A stretch of 64,000 nucleotides of DNA from an uncultured Acidobacteriaceae bacterium (GCA_963784095.1 CAWAQC010000012.1:281832-345831); one strand, 5' to 3'. Positions 18,459-28,458 are shown, counted from the stretch's first letter. The notes: a model not told the origin generated them from the letters alone. Numbers and translations: made by a program.

Positions 18459-18899
18459 ATGCAACGCGAGTTTCCTGAAGTTCCGCTGATCGGCGTGGGC
18501 GCCATCATCATTGAAGGCGACCGCGTTGTGCTGGTCAAACGCGCGCATCCGCCGCTGCAGTCCGAGTGGTCCATTCCTGGAGGCGTACTCGAAGTCGGCG
18601 AATTGGTTCGCGAAGGCGCGGTTCGCGAGGCCCGCGAAGAAACCGGACTGGCTGTCGAAACCATCGAACTTCTCGGCGTTTATGACCGCGTTCTGCGCAA
18701 TCCGCAACAGCGGGTGCAATATCATTATGTTTTGATTGATTTTCTCTGCCGCCGGGTTGCGGGAGATCTCGCCGCAGCCAGCGACGCGGCTGAGGTTCGC
18801 TGGTTTGCGCGGGAAGAATTGCCTGGGCTGAAGCTGGCGGAGGATACGATAGACGTGATCCGCAAAGGGTTTGCACAATTGGGGGAGTTTACGAAATGA
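18459..18899 (+). CDS. NUDIX hydrolase
   Basis: Nudix box GGVLEVGELVREGAVREAREETGL. The start at 18459 (MQREFP) is preferred. Confidence 0.8.
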   Translation: MQREFPEVPLIGVGAIIIEGDRVVLVKRAHPPLQSEWSIPGGVLEVGELVREGAVREAREETGLAVETIELLGVYDRVLRNPQQRVQYHYVLIDFLCRRVAGDLAAASDAAEVRWFAREELPGLKLAEDTIDVIRKGFAQLGEFTK

Positions 18900-20458
18900 A
18901 AAAGTTGTTTGGCACTTTTTTCTGCATCTTCATGCTCTGCTCGGTTGCGTTCTCTCAAGACACGGCAAATAGCGTTTTCCGTTCGTTGCACGTTGATGCC
19001 GGCAACTTGATGGGTGAGATTCGTTCGTTCCAAGGACTGAATGGTCCCCCTAGCCCAATCATGGCGGGCCTACCCAATCTCGTGAAGCAATATCGAAATT
19101 TGCAAGTCTTGCAGATTCGCACCCACGACGTGATGGGGCCGACAGACATCGACTCGCACTTCAAGCTAACGGACCCGCTGCTCGCATGGCTTATTCCTGA
19201 TGATGCCCAACGCGCTGGCGTAGTAAAAACCGGCAACGCGAGCATCATTTTCCCCGATTGGTCCGCCGACCCGGAAAAACCAGAAAGCTACAACTTCGGC
19301 CCCACGGACAAAGTGATCGCCGCGATCAAGGCCAGCGGAGCTGAAGTTTATTACCGCATCGGACGCAGTTGGGGCGCGCAAATCGAACCGCCTCCGGATT
19401 TCGACAAATTCGCCGACGTCGTGAAGCATATTGCCATGCATTACAACCAGGGCTGGGCAAACGGATTCCATGACAATATCCGCTATTGGGAGTTCTGGAA
19501 TGAGCCTGAGGCTTTGTTCTGGGGCGGGACACCCGAGCAGTTTTACTCGCTCTACGAGAAAACGGCGCGGGCGCTAAAGTCAGTGGATCCCAAACTCAAA
19601 GTGGGCGGCGACGCAATCGCTTTCTCGTATAACCCCGGTCCTTATCGAGAGGGATTCATGGATTACTGCGTCGCGCACAAAGTGCCCCTGGATTTTTACT
19701 CGTGGCACACTTATGCCGACCGTTCCGCCGATCCTTACGATGGAGTGCGGATTTCGCAAAGCATTCGCGAAATTCTGGATGCGCGCGGCCTTAACAAGAC
19801 CGAGAGCATTCTTTCTGAATGGAATTTGACGCCCGATTTTACCGAGGCAGCGAAAGCCAGACTTCGGGGCATGGAGAATGCCGCATTCATCGGCGCAGCC
19901 TTAACTTATTTCCAGGACGCTCCCATGGATCACGCGATGTTCTATCGCGGCGATGCAGCGTGGATGGGATTGTTCGACCTGAATGGCAAGGGCTTCAAGA
20001 CATCCTATACATTTGAGGCGATGGGCAGGATGCTGGGAACGCCGCGACGGCTGGCGGTCCAAGGCGCGGACACTTTCGGCCTTGCTGCGCTTGCGGGACG
20101 CTCCGCGAACGGAAGCACGGTGCAGATATTGATCAGCAATTATGAAATTCCCAAGCAAATGCACGCTATGCAAGTGCCGCCGGAGGTTTCGAAGGCATTG
20201 CCGCCTTCGTTGGACTTTTCGAAGCTGAAATTTCTGCCGCGGCGGACGGATGTTGCCTATCGGGACAACGCCGGGTACAACCTGACCATCGACAATCTGC
20301 CGTGGGGAAAGAAGGCCTACAGCGTAAAGCGTTATCGAATCGATAAGGCACACAATCTAGGCCTGGTCGAGGAAAAATCACGCACCGGAGAGAGTTTGAC
20401 GTTGTCGAATGCGCTAGCGCCCGATTCGCTGGAACTCATCGTTCTCCAAAAACGCTGA
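18896..20458 (+). CDS. secreted glycoside hydrolase, clan GH-A (GH39-like)
   Basis: Signal peptide MKKLFGTFFCIFMLCSVAFS. The acid/base motif IRYWEFWNEPE is typical of (beta/alpha)8 clan A hydrolases. The ATG overlaps the NUDIX stop (ATGA). The exact GH family was not determined. Confidence 0.6.
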   Translation: MKKLFGTFFCIFMLCSVAFSQDTANSVFRSLHVDAGNLMGEIRSFQGLNGPPSPIMAGLPNLVKQYRNLQVLQIRTHDVMGPTDIDSHFKLTDPLLAWLIPDDAQRAGVVKTGNASIIFPDWSADPEKPESYNFGPTDKVIAAIKASGAEVYYRIGRSWGAQIEPPPDFDKFADVVKHIAMHYNQGWANGFHDNIRYWEFWNEPEALFWGGTPEQFYSLYEKTARALKSVDPKLKVGGDAIAFSYNPGPYREGFMDYCVAHKVPLDFYSWHTYADRSADPYDGVRISQSIREILDARGLNKTESILSEWNLTPDFTEAAKARLRGMENAAFIGAALTYFQDAPMDHAMFYRGDAAWMGLFDLNGKGFKTSYTFEAMGRMLGTPRRLAVQGADTFGLAALAGRSANGSTVQILISNYEIPKQMHAMQVPPEVSKALPPSLDFSKLKFLPRRTDVAYRDNAGYNLTIDNLPWGKKAYSVKRYRIDKAHNLGLVEEKSRTGESLTLSNALAPDSLELIVLQKR

Positions 20459-20472
20459 TGTCGAGATGCGCT

Positions 20473-23280
20473 TTATTTGGCCTCTTGCAGCAGCACCACA
20501 TCCGACTCCGAATGATTTCTCAGCACGCCCAGATTTTTTCCATCCGGCGACCAGCTGAAATCGGTGATGCGCTCGGAGGTGAAGTTCGTGATCTGCTTGC
20601 GGGCAGAACCGTCGAGCGGCTGAATCCAGAGATTATCCACGCCATTCTGTCTAACAGGGTACGCCATTGCTTTCCCATCCGGCGTGTATTGCAGTCCACC
20701 TTGAGTGATCCGCGGATCCACATCAATCAGCCGCGGCGCGGACGAACCAAGATCCAGAAGCGCCAACTTCTCCTGGCCGCGTTGTGTTTCGGCGTCGACA
20801 ATCTCCACGAGGTAGGCGAGCGTTTTTCCATCGGCAGAAATTGTCAAGCCACCAACGAGAAAGCTATTCGGCACCGCGCTGGCTTGAATGGGTTCTGGCT
20901 TCCCGCTGCCATCCAAAGGAACTCGCTCAATTCGCCGAGCCTGGCGGCTATTGAAATAAGTCCATTTCCCATCGGGCGTGCACACGGGCGACAAGTCGAG
21001 TTTGCCGTCGGTGAGCTGTGTTATGCCGGAACCATCAGCGTGCGCGCGCCAGATATTAGCTTTATTCATGCTGCTTTTGAAAGCCCAGGAAAAAACGATG
21101 TGATCGCGTCCGCACGGAGAAAAATTGAACACGTTCGCAGTGGCATCCTGAATGATCTGGGTTTGATTCGAACCGTCTGCATTCGCGCGCAGCAGGCGCG
21201 CCCCATCATTCACCAGGAGGCTGCCATCCTGGGCCCAATTGAAGCCGCTTAAATCCTCGCCAAAAGATAGCGGCTTCACATCCGCATTCTGGCTGCCTGT
21301 TCCCGGCAGGATGTAAAGATTCTCCGAGGATTTCTGCTGCACCGAGACTATGCTTTTTCCATCGGCGGAAATCGTAAGCGTGGCGTAGCGATTCGTATCG
21401 CGGGTGATCGGATGGACCGAACTTCCATCCCCTGGAATAAACCCGATTTGCGGGCGGTTGAACTGTGGGCCAGCCTGCTGATAAATAACAAGCAGGCCCC
21501 CTGACAGCCACTTTACTTCAGCGGGCAGCTTGTCGGTTAAGGTTGTGAGCCGCCGTGACTTTCCGCTGCTCACGTCGAACAACTCGATCGCGCCCAGAGC
21601 CTGATCATCCGGCTGGAACAGATCCAAGGCCAGTTCCTGACCGTCTGGAGACCACGCCATAAAACCAGGGCCGTTCGCGCCGCCCACAAGTGGAGCGATT
21701 TGCAAAATTTTTTCGTCGTTGCCGCTGAGATCGGCGCTCAGCAGCCGGTACTTGCCAACTTCCGGATCGTTATCGCGTGCGTAAGCGATGCGCTTGCCGT
21801 CTGGAGAAAATGCAAGGTCGCTGTCAATATCATGCACAATCACTTGCGGCGTGCCGCCCAGCACCGGAGCACGATAAAGGTTGTAGTCGCTGTTGACCGC
21901 GTTCTGCGCCTTTCGGAAATAAATGTAATTTCCATCGGGAGAAAATGCGAGGCTGCGGTAAGCGGCGGCTTCCGGCGGAATTACTTGCGTATCGCTGGCC
22001 GTTGCCACGTTGCGCAGCCACAGGCTGCGCATTCCGTTGTCATTGCTAGTGCTGAGCACATACTTTCCATCGGGAGAGATGGCCGCGAGTTCGGCCTTGC
22101 CTGAGTTTGTGATTTGGGTGACCGTGAAGTTCTGGAACGGTATGGCAACCGGATGCCGCAGCATGGAGTAGACGCCATACCCAGCCGCAGCTATGAGGAC
22201 GACGACAAGCACACCAACGCCTGCCACTCCAAACTTATGCTGCTTTGCCGCCGTCACCACTGCCGAACTGCTGGAGTGTGCCGGCTGTGAGCCGCTGATC
22301 GGAACTGCACTTGAGATCGGCCGGATCCCGGTATTCGAGCCTGAAGTTGCAGGCACTGCAGCCAGCGGTTCGGATATGGCGGAAGGCACGCGCCGTCCCG
22401 ACTCGGTATCTCGCTTGAGCCGCTTTAGATCCGAACGTAAGTCGGCCGCATGCTGGTAGCGCAGGTCGGGATCTTTCTCGATACACTTGCCGATGATTCT
22501 TTCCAGCTCAGCGGGAGCATCGGGGTTCGCGCGCGCCACTGGCGCCGGAGCGCGATTGAGGATTCCGTCGAACAATTCTGCCGATGAGCCGCCGGGAAAC
22601 GCCTGCCGTCCCGTAGCCATTTCATAAAGCACCAGGCCGAAAGAAAAAATATCGCTGCGCGCATCGACTTCGCGGCCGCGGGCTTGCTCGGGTGACATGT
22701 ATGCGACGGTGCCGAGCGTCGTGCCAGGGCTGGTCAGGTTGACTTCGTTTTGTGTGGCGACTCCTCCGGTGACCGTTTCGCCGCTGCCTCGTGAAATCAC
22801 TTTCGCGAGGCCGAAATCGAGCACCTTTGCTTGTCCGCGCTCGGTGATGAAGATATTTGCCGGTTTGATGTCGCGGTGAATAATGCCTTCGGACTGGGCC
22901 GCATCGAGAGCATCAGCAACTTCGATGCCGACGGAGAGAATGGTTTCCATTGGCAAAGGAATGCCTGCGATCTTGTGCTTGAGCGTCACACCCTTCAGCA
23001 GTTCCATCGCGATGAAGGGATGGCCATCCGCCTCATCGATATCGTATATCGTGCAAATATTGGGATGGTTCAGGGCGGAGGCGGCTTGCGCTTCGCGACG
23101 GAAGCGCTCCAAAACAGCCTCGTCATTGGCGATTCCCTCGGGCAGGAACTTGAGGGCGACAAAACGGCGCAGCTTGGTGTCTTCAGCGCGGAAGACGACA
23201 CCCATGCCCCCGCCGCCCAGTTTTTCAAGCACGCGATAGTGGGAGATGCTCCGTCCGATGGGAAACTGATCTTCAGGCAT
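20473..23280 (-). CDS. Ser/Thr protein kinase with a TM segment and C-terminal TolB-like beta-propeller repeats
   Basis: Hanks kinase motifs [27 protein letters not shown] and GTVAYMSPE. It has one TM segment ([20 protein letters not shown]), then repeated SPDGK/SPDGN blades. Confidence 0.85.
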   Translation of the reverse strand: MPEDQFPIGRSISHYRVLEKLGGGGMGVVFRAEDTKLRRFVALKFLPEGIANDEAVLERFRREAQAASALNHPNICTIYDIDEADGHPFIAMELLKGVTLKHKIAGIPLPMETILSVGIEVADALDAAQSEGIIHRDIKPANIFITERGQAKVLDFGLAKVISRGSGETVTGGVATQNEVNLTSPGTTLGTVAYMSPEQARGREVDARSDIFSFGLVLYEMATGRQAFPGGSSAELFDGILNRAPAPVARANPDAPAELERIIGKCIEKDPDLRYQHAADLRSDLKRLKRDTESGRRVPSAISEPLAAVPATSGSNTGIRPISSAVPISGSQPAHSSSSAVVTAAKQHKFGVAGVGVLVVVLIAAAGYGVYSMLRHPVAIPFQNFTVTQITNSGKAELAAISPDGKYVLSTSNDNGMRSLWLRNVATASDTQVIPPEAAAYRSLAFSPDGNYIYFRKAQNAVNSDYNLYRAPVLGGTPQVIVHDIDSDLAFSPDGKRIAYARDNDPEVGKYRLLSADLSGNDEKILQIAPLVGGANGPGFMAWSPDGQELALDLFQPDDQALGAIELFDVSSGKSRRLTTLTDKLPAEVKWLSGGLLVIYQQAGPQFNRPQIGFIPGDGSSVHPITRDTNRYATLTISADGKSIVSVQQKSSENLYILPGTGSQNADVKPLSFGEDLSGFNWAQDGSLLVNDGARLLRANADGSNQTQIIQDATANVFNFSPCGRDHIVFSWAFKSSMNKANIWRAHADGSGITQLTDGKLDLSPVCTPDGKWTYFNSRQARRIERVPLDGSGKPEPIQASAVPNSFLVGGLTISADGKTLAYLVEIVDAETQRGQEKLALLDLGSSAPRLIDVDPRITQGGLQYTPDGKAMAYPVRQNGVDNLWIQPLDGSARKQITNFTSERITDFSWSPDGKNLGVLRNHSESDVVLLQEAK

Positions 23281-23410
23281 ACCCTGCGAATCTTAGATTC
23301 GCGTGCAGGGCTGAGTCAACAGAGGGCGTGTCCTGAATTCGTTGGTTGCGGATTGCTTCACGGAGTTTGCGTTGCGGCAGCTTTTGCGAACATCGCGGTT
23401 GGTTTTGCCT

Positions 23411-23478
23411 TCTTAATCTGCAAATCTCAAGCCGCAAAGTTCGCGAAGACACGCCGCGAAGAACGCACGATTACGGCA
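23411..23478. repeat. CGCGAAG-family intergenic repeat
   Basis: cttaatctgcaaatctcaagccgcaaagttcgcgaagacacgccgcgaagaacgcacgattacggcac. See the copy at 8004-8056. Confidence 0.6.
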
Positions 23479-23504
23479 CACGCCGCTAACCCGCCCCGGC
23501 ACGC

Positions 23505-24755
23505 TCACTGGTAAGAAAACGTCAGCTCATCCAGATAAACCGAGTAGGGCGACTGCTCATAATTCCCATCCATCTGGTAATTGATGGTGACGCCGTACCA
23601 ATTCGACGGCGCTGAACCGGGATCGTAGTACTGGTTCAGGGTGCTGGTTACGCCGTTGAGCGAAATGGATTCGTAGAGCAGTTGATTATTCGCCGTGCGC
23701 TGCACTTGAATGGTGACGTGGTTCCAGGAATTATCCACGGGATAACACGGAATACCGGTTGGAATCCAGTGTGCTGTTACGTTGTCCCATATATCCCACT
23801 CATTGCCGCCGGCAATTCGGCATTCGTGCCCCCAGATGAAGCCCATGCTGTTGAAGAATTGATTCACATCGAACTCTACTGCTTGCGATAGTTCGAGATT
23901 GGTTCCGTAGAAATAAACGTCGTAGGTGAAGCTGGTCAGCGTAGGGACCAGCGTGTGATTGTTATCGGGCATGCCTTGCGACGAAAGCGCTCCGATCAAA
24001 TGGTTGTTAAACAATGCGTCGGTATAAACGGCGGTGCCGCCCAGGTTGAACTGTGTGGAAGATCCGCTCATTGAGGGGGAACTGATTCCCTGCTGCATGG
24101 AAAACGTGATGCCGTCACACGGCGAGGGCGAGCAATCGATAAAATCGGGCGGTCCCTGGCCGTAATCTGCCCAGCCGACGCTTTGCTGCAAATTCGAGAA
24201 AGAACTCATCGATGTTCCGCCACCACTTCCGGTGCCACCAGATCCTCCGGAACCGCTGCCGCCAGAGCCTCCACTGCCGGACCCACCTCCGTTTCCACTG
24301 CCGGTCCCGCTGCCGCCGCTGTTGGTCGAATTCAAGACCGTGAGTTGCAGAGCTTGTTGTTTCGAAACCCCGCTGGCGTCAGCCACCAAAACACGAAAGC
24401 TGAAGTCACCCGCGGCGGCCGGCATGCCGGAGAAGGTTCCCGTCTTTTCGCCGAGGGCAATTCCTGACGGTAATTGACCGGAAGACATCGAGAAGGTGTA
24501 CGGCGCCGTTCCCCCGCTCACTTTCAGGGCAGAATCATAGCTCGCGCCGACCGTTGCTGACGGTAACGTGCTTGATATGGTGAGCGGCGCGGGCGATCCG
24601 GTATTCGAACCTGGGCTGGGTGCCGCGGTTGAAACTCCTGAGCAGGCTGTGAGCCAGCGTAGGCTGGCAAGCAAAACCGCGACACGCAGGCGCCGCGAAA
24701 CTTTGGTGAGTTGCAGGTCCTTTACTTGTCCCGGAGCGGTCGGGCGGCAAGGCAT
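23505..24755 (-). CDS. lipoprotein with Ig-like repeats, a Gly/Ser linker and a C-terminal globular domain
   Basis: Lipobox-like LRWLTAC. It has two ~45-aa segments resembling bacterial Ig-like units (GASYDSALKVSGGTAPYTFSMSSGQLPSGIAL). The linker is GGSGTGSGNGGGSGSGGSGGSGSGGSGGTGSGGG. Confidence 0.55.
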   Translation of the reverse strand: MPCRPTAPGQVKDLQLTKVSRRLRVAVLLASLRWLTACSGVSTAAPSPGSNTGSPAPLTISSTLPSATVGASYDSALKVSGGTAPYTFSMSSGQLPSGIALGEKTGTFSGMPAAAGDFSFRVLVADASGVSKQQALQLTVLNSTNSGGSGTGSGNGGGSGSGGSGGSGSGGSGGTGSGGGTSMSSFSNLQQSVGWADYGQGPPDFIDCSPSPCDGITFSMQQGISSPSMSGSSTQFNLGGTAVYTDALFNNHLIGALSSQGMPDNNHTLVPTLTSFTYDVYFYGTNLELSQAVEFDVNQFFNSMGFIWGHECRIAGGNEWDIWDNVTAHWIPTGIPCYPVDNSWNHVTIQVQRTANNQLLYESISLNGVTSTLNQYYDPGSAPSNWYGVTINYQMDGNYEQSPYSVYLDELTFSYQ

Positions 24756-24921
24756 CGGTTCACCTCTCGAAGGGAGTGTTCAAGAGGACGCTCAACGAGC
24801 GAGGTCCTTAATGCGGACTCTATCGAGCGGGAGTCGATATCACCAGATGACTTAAGGGAACATACCAGTCGGACACAGAAGGGCAAGTGGCTAGGCTAGT
24901 AAAAAGCAGGGTGTCCGCTTC

Positions 24922-25620
24922 TTACTCAGCGGCATCTTCTTCCCATTCCGCATCACAGGTCTGGCAGTGCCAGGCGGGACGCTGTACGGGAATCGGCACG
25001 TGAAGAAAGGCAGTCATGTAGGAGATTGGCCGGTCGAGTTCCTGAAAGTTCACATCGAGCGATTGGCACTTCGGGCACCGCGGCTGCTCGTACAGTCCGA
25101 CGCCCTGCACGTAAAGGCCCTCGAGAATCGGCTCGTCGAGGAGCTCGCGGGCATTGGCTTCATCCGCCGCGTGGACGTTGAGCTTGATGCCGCCAATGAG
25201 ATTGGAAATGAACCAGTCCAGGCGAACCAGGTTTTCGTCGGCAAGAAAGCACTCGATCCCGGCCGATTCCAGGCTGCCTTTTGCCAGCAATGCTTCCGGT
25301 AGATCGCGAAATTGGCGCACCGTGACGAGTTCCCGAAACTCCATTTGCTGCCGGTCGGGCAATTCGGAATCGTCCTCGGGAAAATCGAGCTGCCGCCGCT
25401 CAAGTTCGTCTTCGAGTGCGTCGCAGGCCACTTCCGTCAGCGATTCGGCATTGCGCGCCAGCTTGAGCAGCTCGCCGTCGGTCATGGCGGCATAATTGGC
25501 CGCCAGACGCCGTCTTTCATTTTGTTCTTCGAGAAAAGAGTCTCCCGGATGTCGCACAGGGGTAAGCATACTGCGATTGCGTGTCGCGGCCAAGGGGTGA
25601 ACCTGCTTATGGTGCGTCAA
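24922..25620 (-). CDS. hypothetical protein, DUF2007-like domain plus C-terminal zinc ribbon
   Basis: LVTVRQFRDLPEALLAKGSLESAGIECFLADEN resembles the 'putative signal-transducing' DUF2007 fold. CPKC...CQTC form a 4-Cys ribbon. Confidence 0.45.
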   Translation of the reverse strand: MTHHKQVHPLAATRNRSMLTPVRHPGDSFLEEQNERRRLAANYAAMTDGELLKLARNAESLTEVACDALEDELERRQLDFPEDDSELPDRQQMEFRELVTVRQFRDLPEALLAKGSLESAGIECFLADENLVRLDWFISNLIGGIKLNVHAADEANARELLDEPILEGLYVQGVGLYEQPRCPKCQSLDVNFQELDRPISYMTAFLHVPIPVQRPAWHCQTCDAEWEEDAAE

Positions 25621-25672
25621 CCCTTTGCAATCGCGCCGAAGAACGCAGCCCCCGCTGCATTAAACTTCTGGA

Positions 25673-26053
25673 CTAATGTGTGCGGACGATCAGCAATTCC
25701 ACCAGCACCGCGCTGATCAGCATGGCGACGCGGATGTAGATGGCGGCATGAAATGCCTGATCGCCGACCGCGGTGCACAGCAGGCCGGAGCCCGCGCTGG
25801 CGCCGCAGAAGGCGAAATAGAATTCCTCCATCCCTCCGCGGGAGATGACGAGAAGCCATAAAAGAATTGCGGAGACGATCGCGAAAATGCCATACAGAAT
25901 CCAGGTTCCCGGATCCACGGTCTGCGGAGCCCATACTCCATGTACCGGAATCGCGGCAAGCATCTGTCGAACGGCGATCAGCAGGAAAACAATCGAATGC
26001 ACCAGCGCGACCAGGGCGCGCTTGCGGTTGGTGAGGATGGAAAAGCTGCGCAT
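25673..26053 (-). CDS. small integral membrane protein (4 predicted TM helices)
   Basis: 126 aa with four hydrophobic stretches. It is preferred over the overlapping Arg/Gly-rich ORF 25617-26057 in another frame. Confidence 0.45.
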   Translation of the reverse strand: MRSFSILTNRKRALVALVHSIVFLLIAVRQMLAAIPVHGVWAPQTVDPGTWILYGIFAIVSAILLWLLVISRGGMEEFYFAFCGASAGSGLLCTAVGDQAFHAAIYIRVAMLISAVLVELLIVRTH

Positions 26054-26247
26054 GCACCGACTCTATATTTATCGCTGGCGCTTCGGACGTGAGCTAGATC
26101 ACACGATGCTGACGTTATCTGCGCCATGGACATGGCCAAAGGTTACCCCAAACGGACTTGTTTCATGCTGGCGGGACATTTATAGTGCGCGGATGTTGTA
26201 AATGATCCCCGTTGTCGAGACTAAAATCCACAAGTGTCGAGAGGAAG

Positions 26248-26514
26248 ATGATGAAGAAATCGATTGCTATCGCCGTTATTTCCGGATGCCTGTCGTTTGC
26301 TGGCGGCATCGCCGTTGCCCAAGGGGTTCATGACTGGCATGAAATTGAAAGGGTTCGTCAAAACGTGCATGAAGCGATCCACGAAATTGAACAAGTCCAG
26401 GCAGCGAACCATTATCAAATGGGAGGCCACGCCGAGGCTGCAAAAACCCATCTGCGGGCTGCAGAGCAGGAGCTCCATCTGGCCGTCGAGGCGGCTAGAG
26501 GGTCAGGACAGTAA
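26248..26514 (+). CDS. small secreted His-rich helical protein
   Basis: MMKKSIAIAVISGCLSFAGGIAVAQG signal, then a His/Glu-rich helical region (HDWHEIERVRQNVHEAIHEIEQVQAANHYQMGGHAEAAKTHL). Confidence 0.5.
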   Translation: MMKKSIAIAVISGCLSFAGGIAVAQGVHDWHEIERVRQNVHEAIHEIEQVQAANHYQMGGHAEAAKTHLRAAEQELHLAVEAARGSGQ

Positions 26515-26938
26515 TCAGTGAGACTCTGGCGGCATTGTCTCATCCTTCGCAGAATGGCGCCAGGGAGGTTCCAGCCGCGGTGATGAAAATTGACTCTTGA
26601 AACAGCAAACGGCCCGCAAGCTCTTGCGAACCTGCGGACCGTCCGGTGGACTGATTAGGATTGACCAAGAGGTGGTCACTCTACGTGGCCTCTACGGCAA
26701 CTCCCGGGCCAGGACTTGAAGGCGGCGGGCGTTCAAGCGAAACTTCCAAACCCGCCAACCGAAGGGCTGCGTGACCAACGCAGCCACTCCATCCGACTCA
26801 CCGGCTAGTGTGCGGACTGTAGCCTTCGGCGCCGCTGTCAAATTAACGCCAAAAGCCCCGCTTAGAGCAACCAGCTCTAAGTCGCAGCCACCTCACCTGG
26901 TCTTAGACTCCCACAACTACTGCCACATTCAGAACTTG

Positions 26939-27139
26939 TCATTCGACCACCTCCTTTCCGGTGTAATTGCAGATTAGTACGGAATGGGATTGGTCGTCAA
27001 CTGGCGTCCGATGCGGGTTGCATCTGGTTGAGAAACCATCCAACCAACAAAGGCACAAAGCGAACACGAAGGAAATCACAACCTTATAATTTTTCTTCGG
27101 AAGCTTTTGCAGTCGCCGACGGTTGAGTTGGCGTTTCAT
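26939..27139 (-). CDS. hypothetical 66-aa Cys-containing membrane-anchored peptide, translationally coupled to tatA
   Basis: The ATG overlaps the tatA stop (ATGA at 27136-27139). It has a basic N-terminus (KRQLNRRRLQKLPKK) followed by a hydrophobic segment (VVISFVFALCLCWL). No homology recognised. Confidence 0.3.
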   Translation of the reverse strand: MKRQLNRRRLQKLPKKNYKVVISFVFALCLCWLDGFSTRCNPHRTPVDDQSHSVLICNYTGKEVVE

Positions 27140-27285
27140 CTTTGTCCCAGCATGGCGGCCTTGAATCCGCGGATGCCTTCGCCCATTCCTTTTCCGAGTT
27201 CGGGCAGCTTTTTGGGGCCGAGAATCAATAATGCAATTCCGGCAATGATCAGCAAGTGCATGGGTTGGAACAGGCCTTCTATCAT
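27136..27285 (-). CDS. tatA: twin-arginine translocase subunit TatA/E (49 aa, below the ORF-track cutoff)
   Basis: Manual translation gives MIEGLFQPMHLLIIAGIALLILGPKKLPELGKGMGEGIRGFKAAMLGQR*. This is the canonical TatA TM helix, hinge and amphipathic helix (LFGxKKLPELGxxxGxxIRxFK). An SD (GGAGG) lies upstream. Confidence 0.8.
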   Translation of the reverse strand: MIEGLFQPMHLLIIAGIALLILGPKKLPELGKGMGEGIRGFKAAMLGQR

Positions 27286-27393
27286 CGGTGGTCCTCCGGG
27301 TCAGAAATCGGGTTCTTGTTTTTATTGCTCCCGGAGGTTGCCTCGCGGGATGCTTTCGACTGTGTTGTTCATTGCTTCTATTTCAAGCCGTTT

Positions 27394-28428
27394 CTATTTG
27401 AAGCCGTTCGGTCCGGCGTTCATGCCTGCGGGAAAAAAGACTCCGACGGCTGGAGAAACCGCTGTCGTGCCTTTGACCGCGCCGCCGCCGGTGACGATGT
27501 TCAGCACCTGGGTGGGGTTACGGGCGAAGGCGATCACGTTAGTAGGATCGGCGTCAGTGATGCGAGTTGCGGTTGCATTGGCTGCACCCGCCAGCGAAAC
27601 CGAGAAGGTCGCCAAGCCGTAGTCGTCCGGGTTGGAGTCGTATGGGCTGGGAGCCACGCCAAGCAGACCGGCTTGCGAAAGCGTCGCGCGCAGGGTGGAG
27701 ATCATATTGGTGTAGGCGGCAATGCTTGTGCCGGTTGGGTCGATGGCGTTGATGGCGGTGCGAATCAATCCGGCGTGATAGGCCTCGACGGAAAGAATTC
27801 CGGCGGCGGTTGCCAGGTTTGACGATGAGGTGAGCAGCGGCGCAGCCCCATGGTAAGCGGTGACTCCCACGTCTTCGAATACGTAGGCACCGACCAGGAA
27901 ATCGTCGTCGCTGGCATAGGGGGTGAACGCAGCTCCATTGGGAATGCCCGCTGCGGTCGCCAGTGTTGGGAAAGACGTTCCCAGATTGATGGCTGGCTGG
28001 GCGACAGCGGCCCTGCCGAGAGCAGACAACAACGTTTGTACGTGCTTGCCTTCTTCGATGGCGGTCTCAATCGCATAAGAAGCGACGGGGATGGTGGTGA
28101 ACGGAACTTTGCTGCCTCCGGTCACCGTACCAGGCGTCCCTACGGTTGCGTTCAGAGTGATTTGCGGCGCGCCCGCTCCGGTGGATGCGGCATTGGCCAC
28201 GTCTATGGTGGTTCCGAAGGCTGCGAGGTAGTAGAAGTTCGATTCAAGGTATTCCAAATTCAGCGCGAAGTTGAGGATGTCTGAGTCGGAGTAAGTGGTG
28301 GCTGCGTTTGCCCGGATTGCGCTTGCTCCTACGGCCAATCCAGCCAGGGAAGCTACGCCGAGGGTCAGTATCCTGCGCCGATTGTTTTCGACGATGTCGT
28401 CCAGAACTTGCGTCTCTTTATTTGCCAT
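27394..28428 (-). CDS. Tat-exported ferritin-like domain protein (paralogue A)
   Basis: Twin-arginine signal NRRRILTLGVASLAGLAVGASAIRANA. The motifs DILNFALNLEYLESNFYY and VEAYHAGLIR are typical of the ferritin-like (Ferritin_2/DUF4439-type) family. Confidence 0.7.
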   Translation of the reverse strand: MANKETQVLDDIVENNRRRILTLGVASLAGLAVGASAIRANAATTYSDSDILNFALNLEYLESNFYYLAAFGTTIDVANAASTGAGAPQITLNATVGTPGTVTGGSKVPFTTIPVASYAIETAIEEGKHVQTLLSALGRAAVAQPAINLGTSFPTLATAAGIPNGAAFTPYASDDDFLVGAYVFEDVGVTAYHGAAPLLTSSSNLATAAGILSVEAYHAGLIRTAINAIDPTGTSIAAYTNMISTLRATLSQAGLLGVAPSPYDSNPDDYGLATFSVSLAGAANATATRITDADPTNVIAFARNPTQVLNIVTGGGAVKGTTAVSPAVGVFFPAGMNAGPNGFK

Positions 28429-28458
28429 GAATTTTTATCCTTTTGAAATAAGTTCCAC

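Noticed and set aside
20458-21252. 264-aa ORF antisense to the Ser/Thr kinase gene
   Set aside because: It is antisense to a gene with unambiguous kinase and propeller motifs, and its composition is Arg/Ile-rich and non-protein-like.
25617-26057. 146-aa ORF overlapping the 126-aa membrane-protein ORF in another frame
   Set aside because: Its composition is Arg/Gly/His-rich, while the alternative frame gives four clean hydrophobic helices.
26520-26876. Checked whether the structured spacer is RNase P RNA, tmRNA, SRP RNA or 6S RNA
   Set aside because: None of the hallmark strings is present: GAGGAAAGTCCGGGC, the tmRNA tRNA-like end ...TCCACCA with a tag ORF, or the SRP GGAA/AGCA loop context. 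It is kept only as an unclassified structured region.
26941-26956. gaccacctcctttcc resembles the 3' end of 16S rRNA (CACCTCCTT)
   Set aside because: There is no other rRNA-like sequence around it. On the opposite strand it is simply a very strong Shine-Dalgarno (GGAAAGGAGGTGGTC) in front of an ATG.
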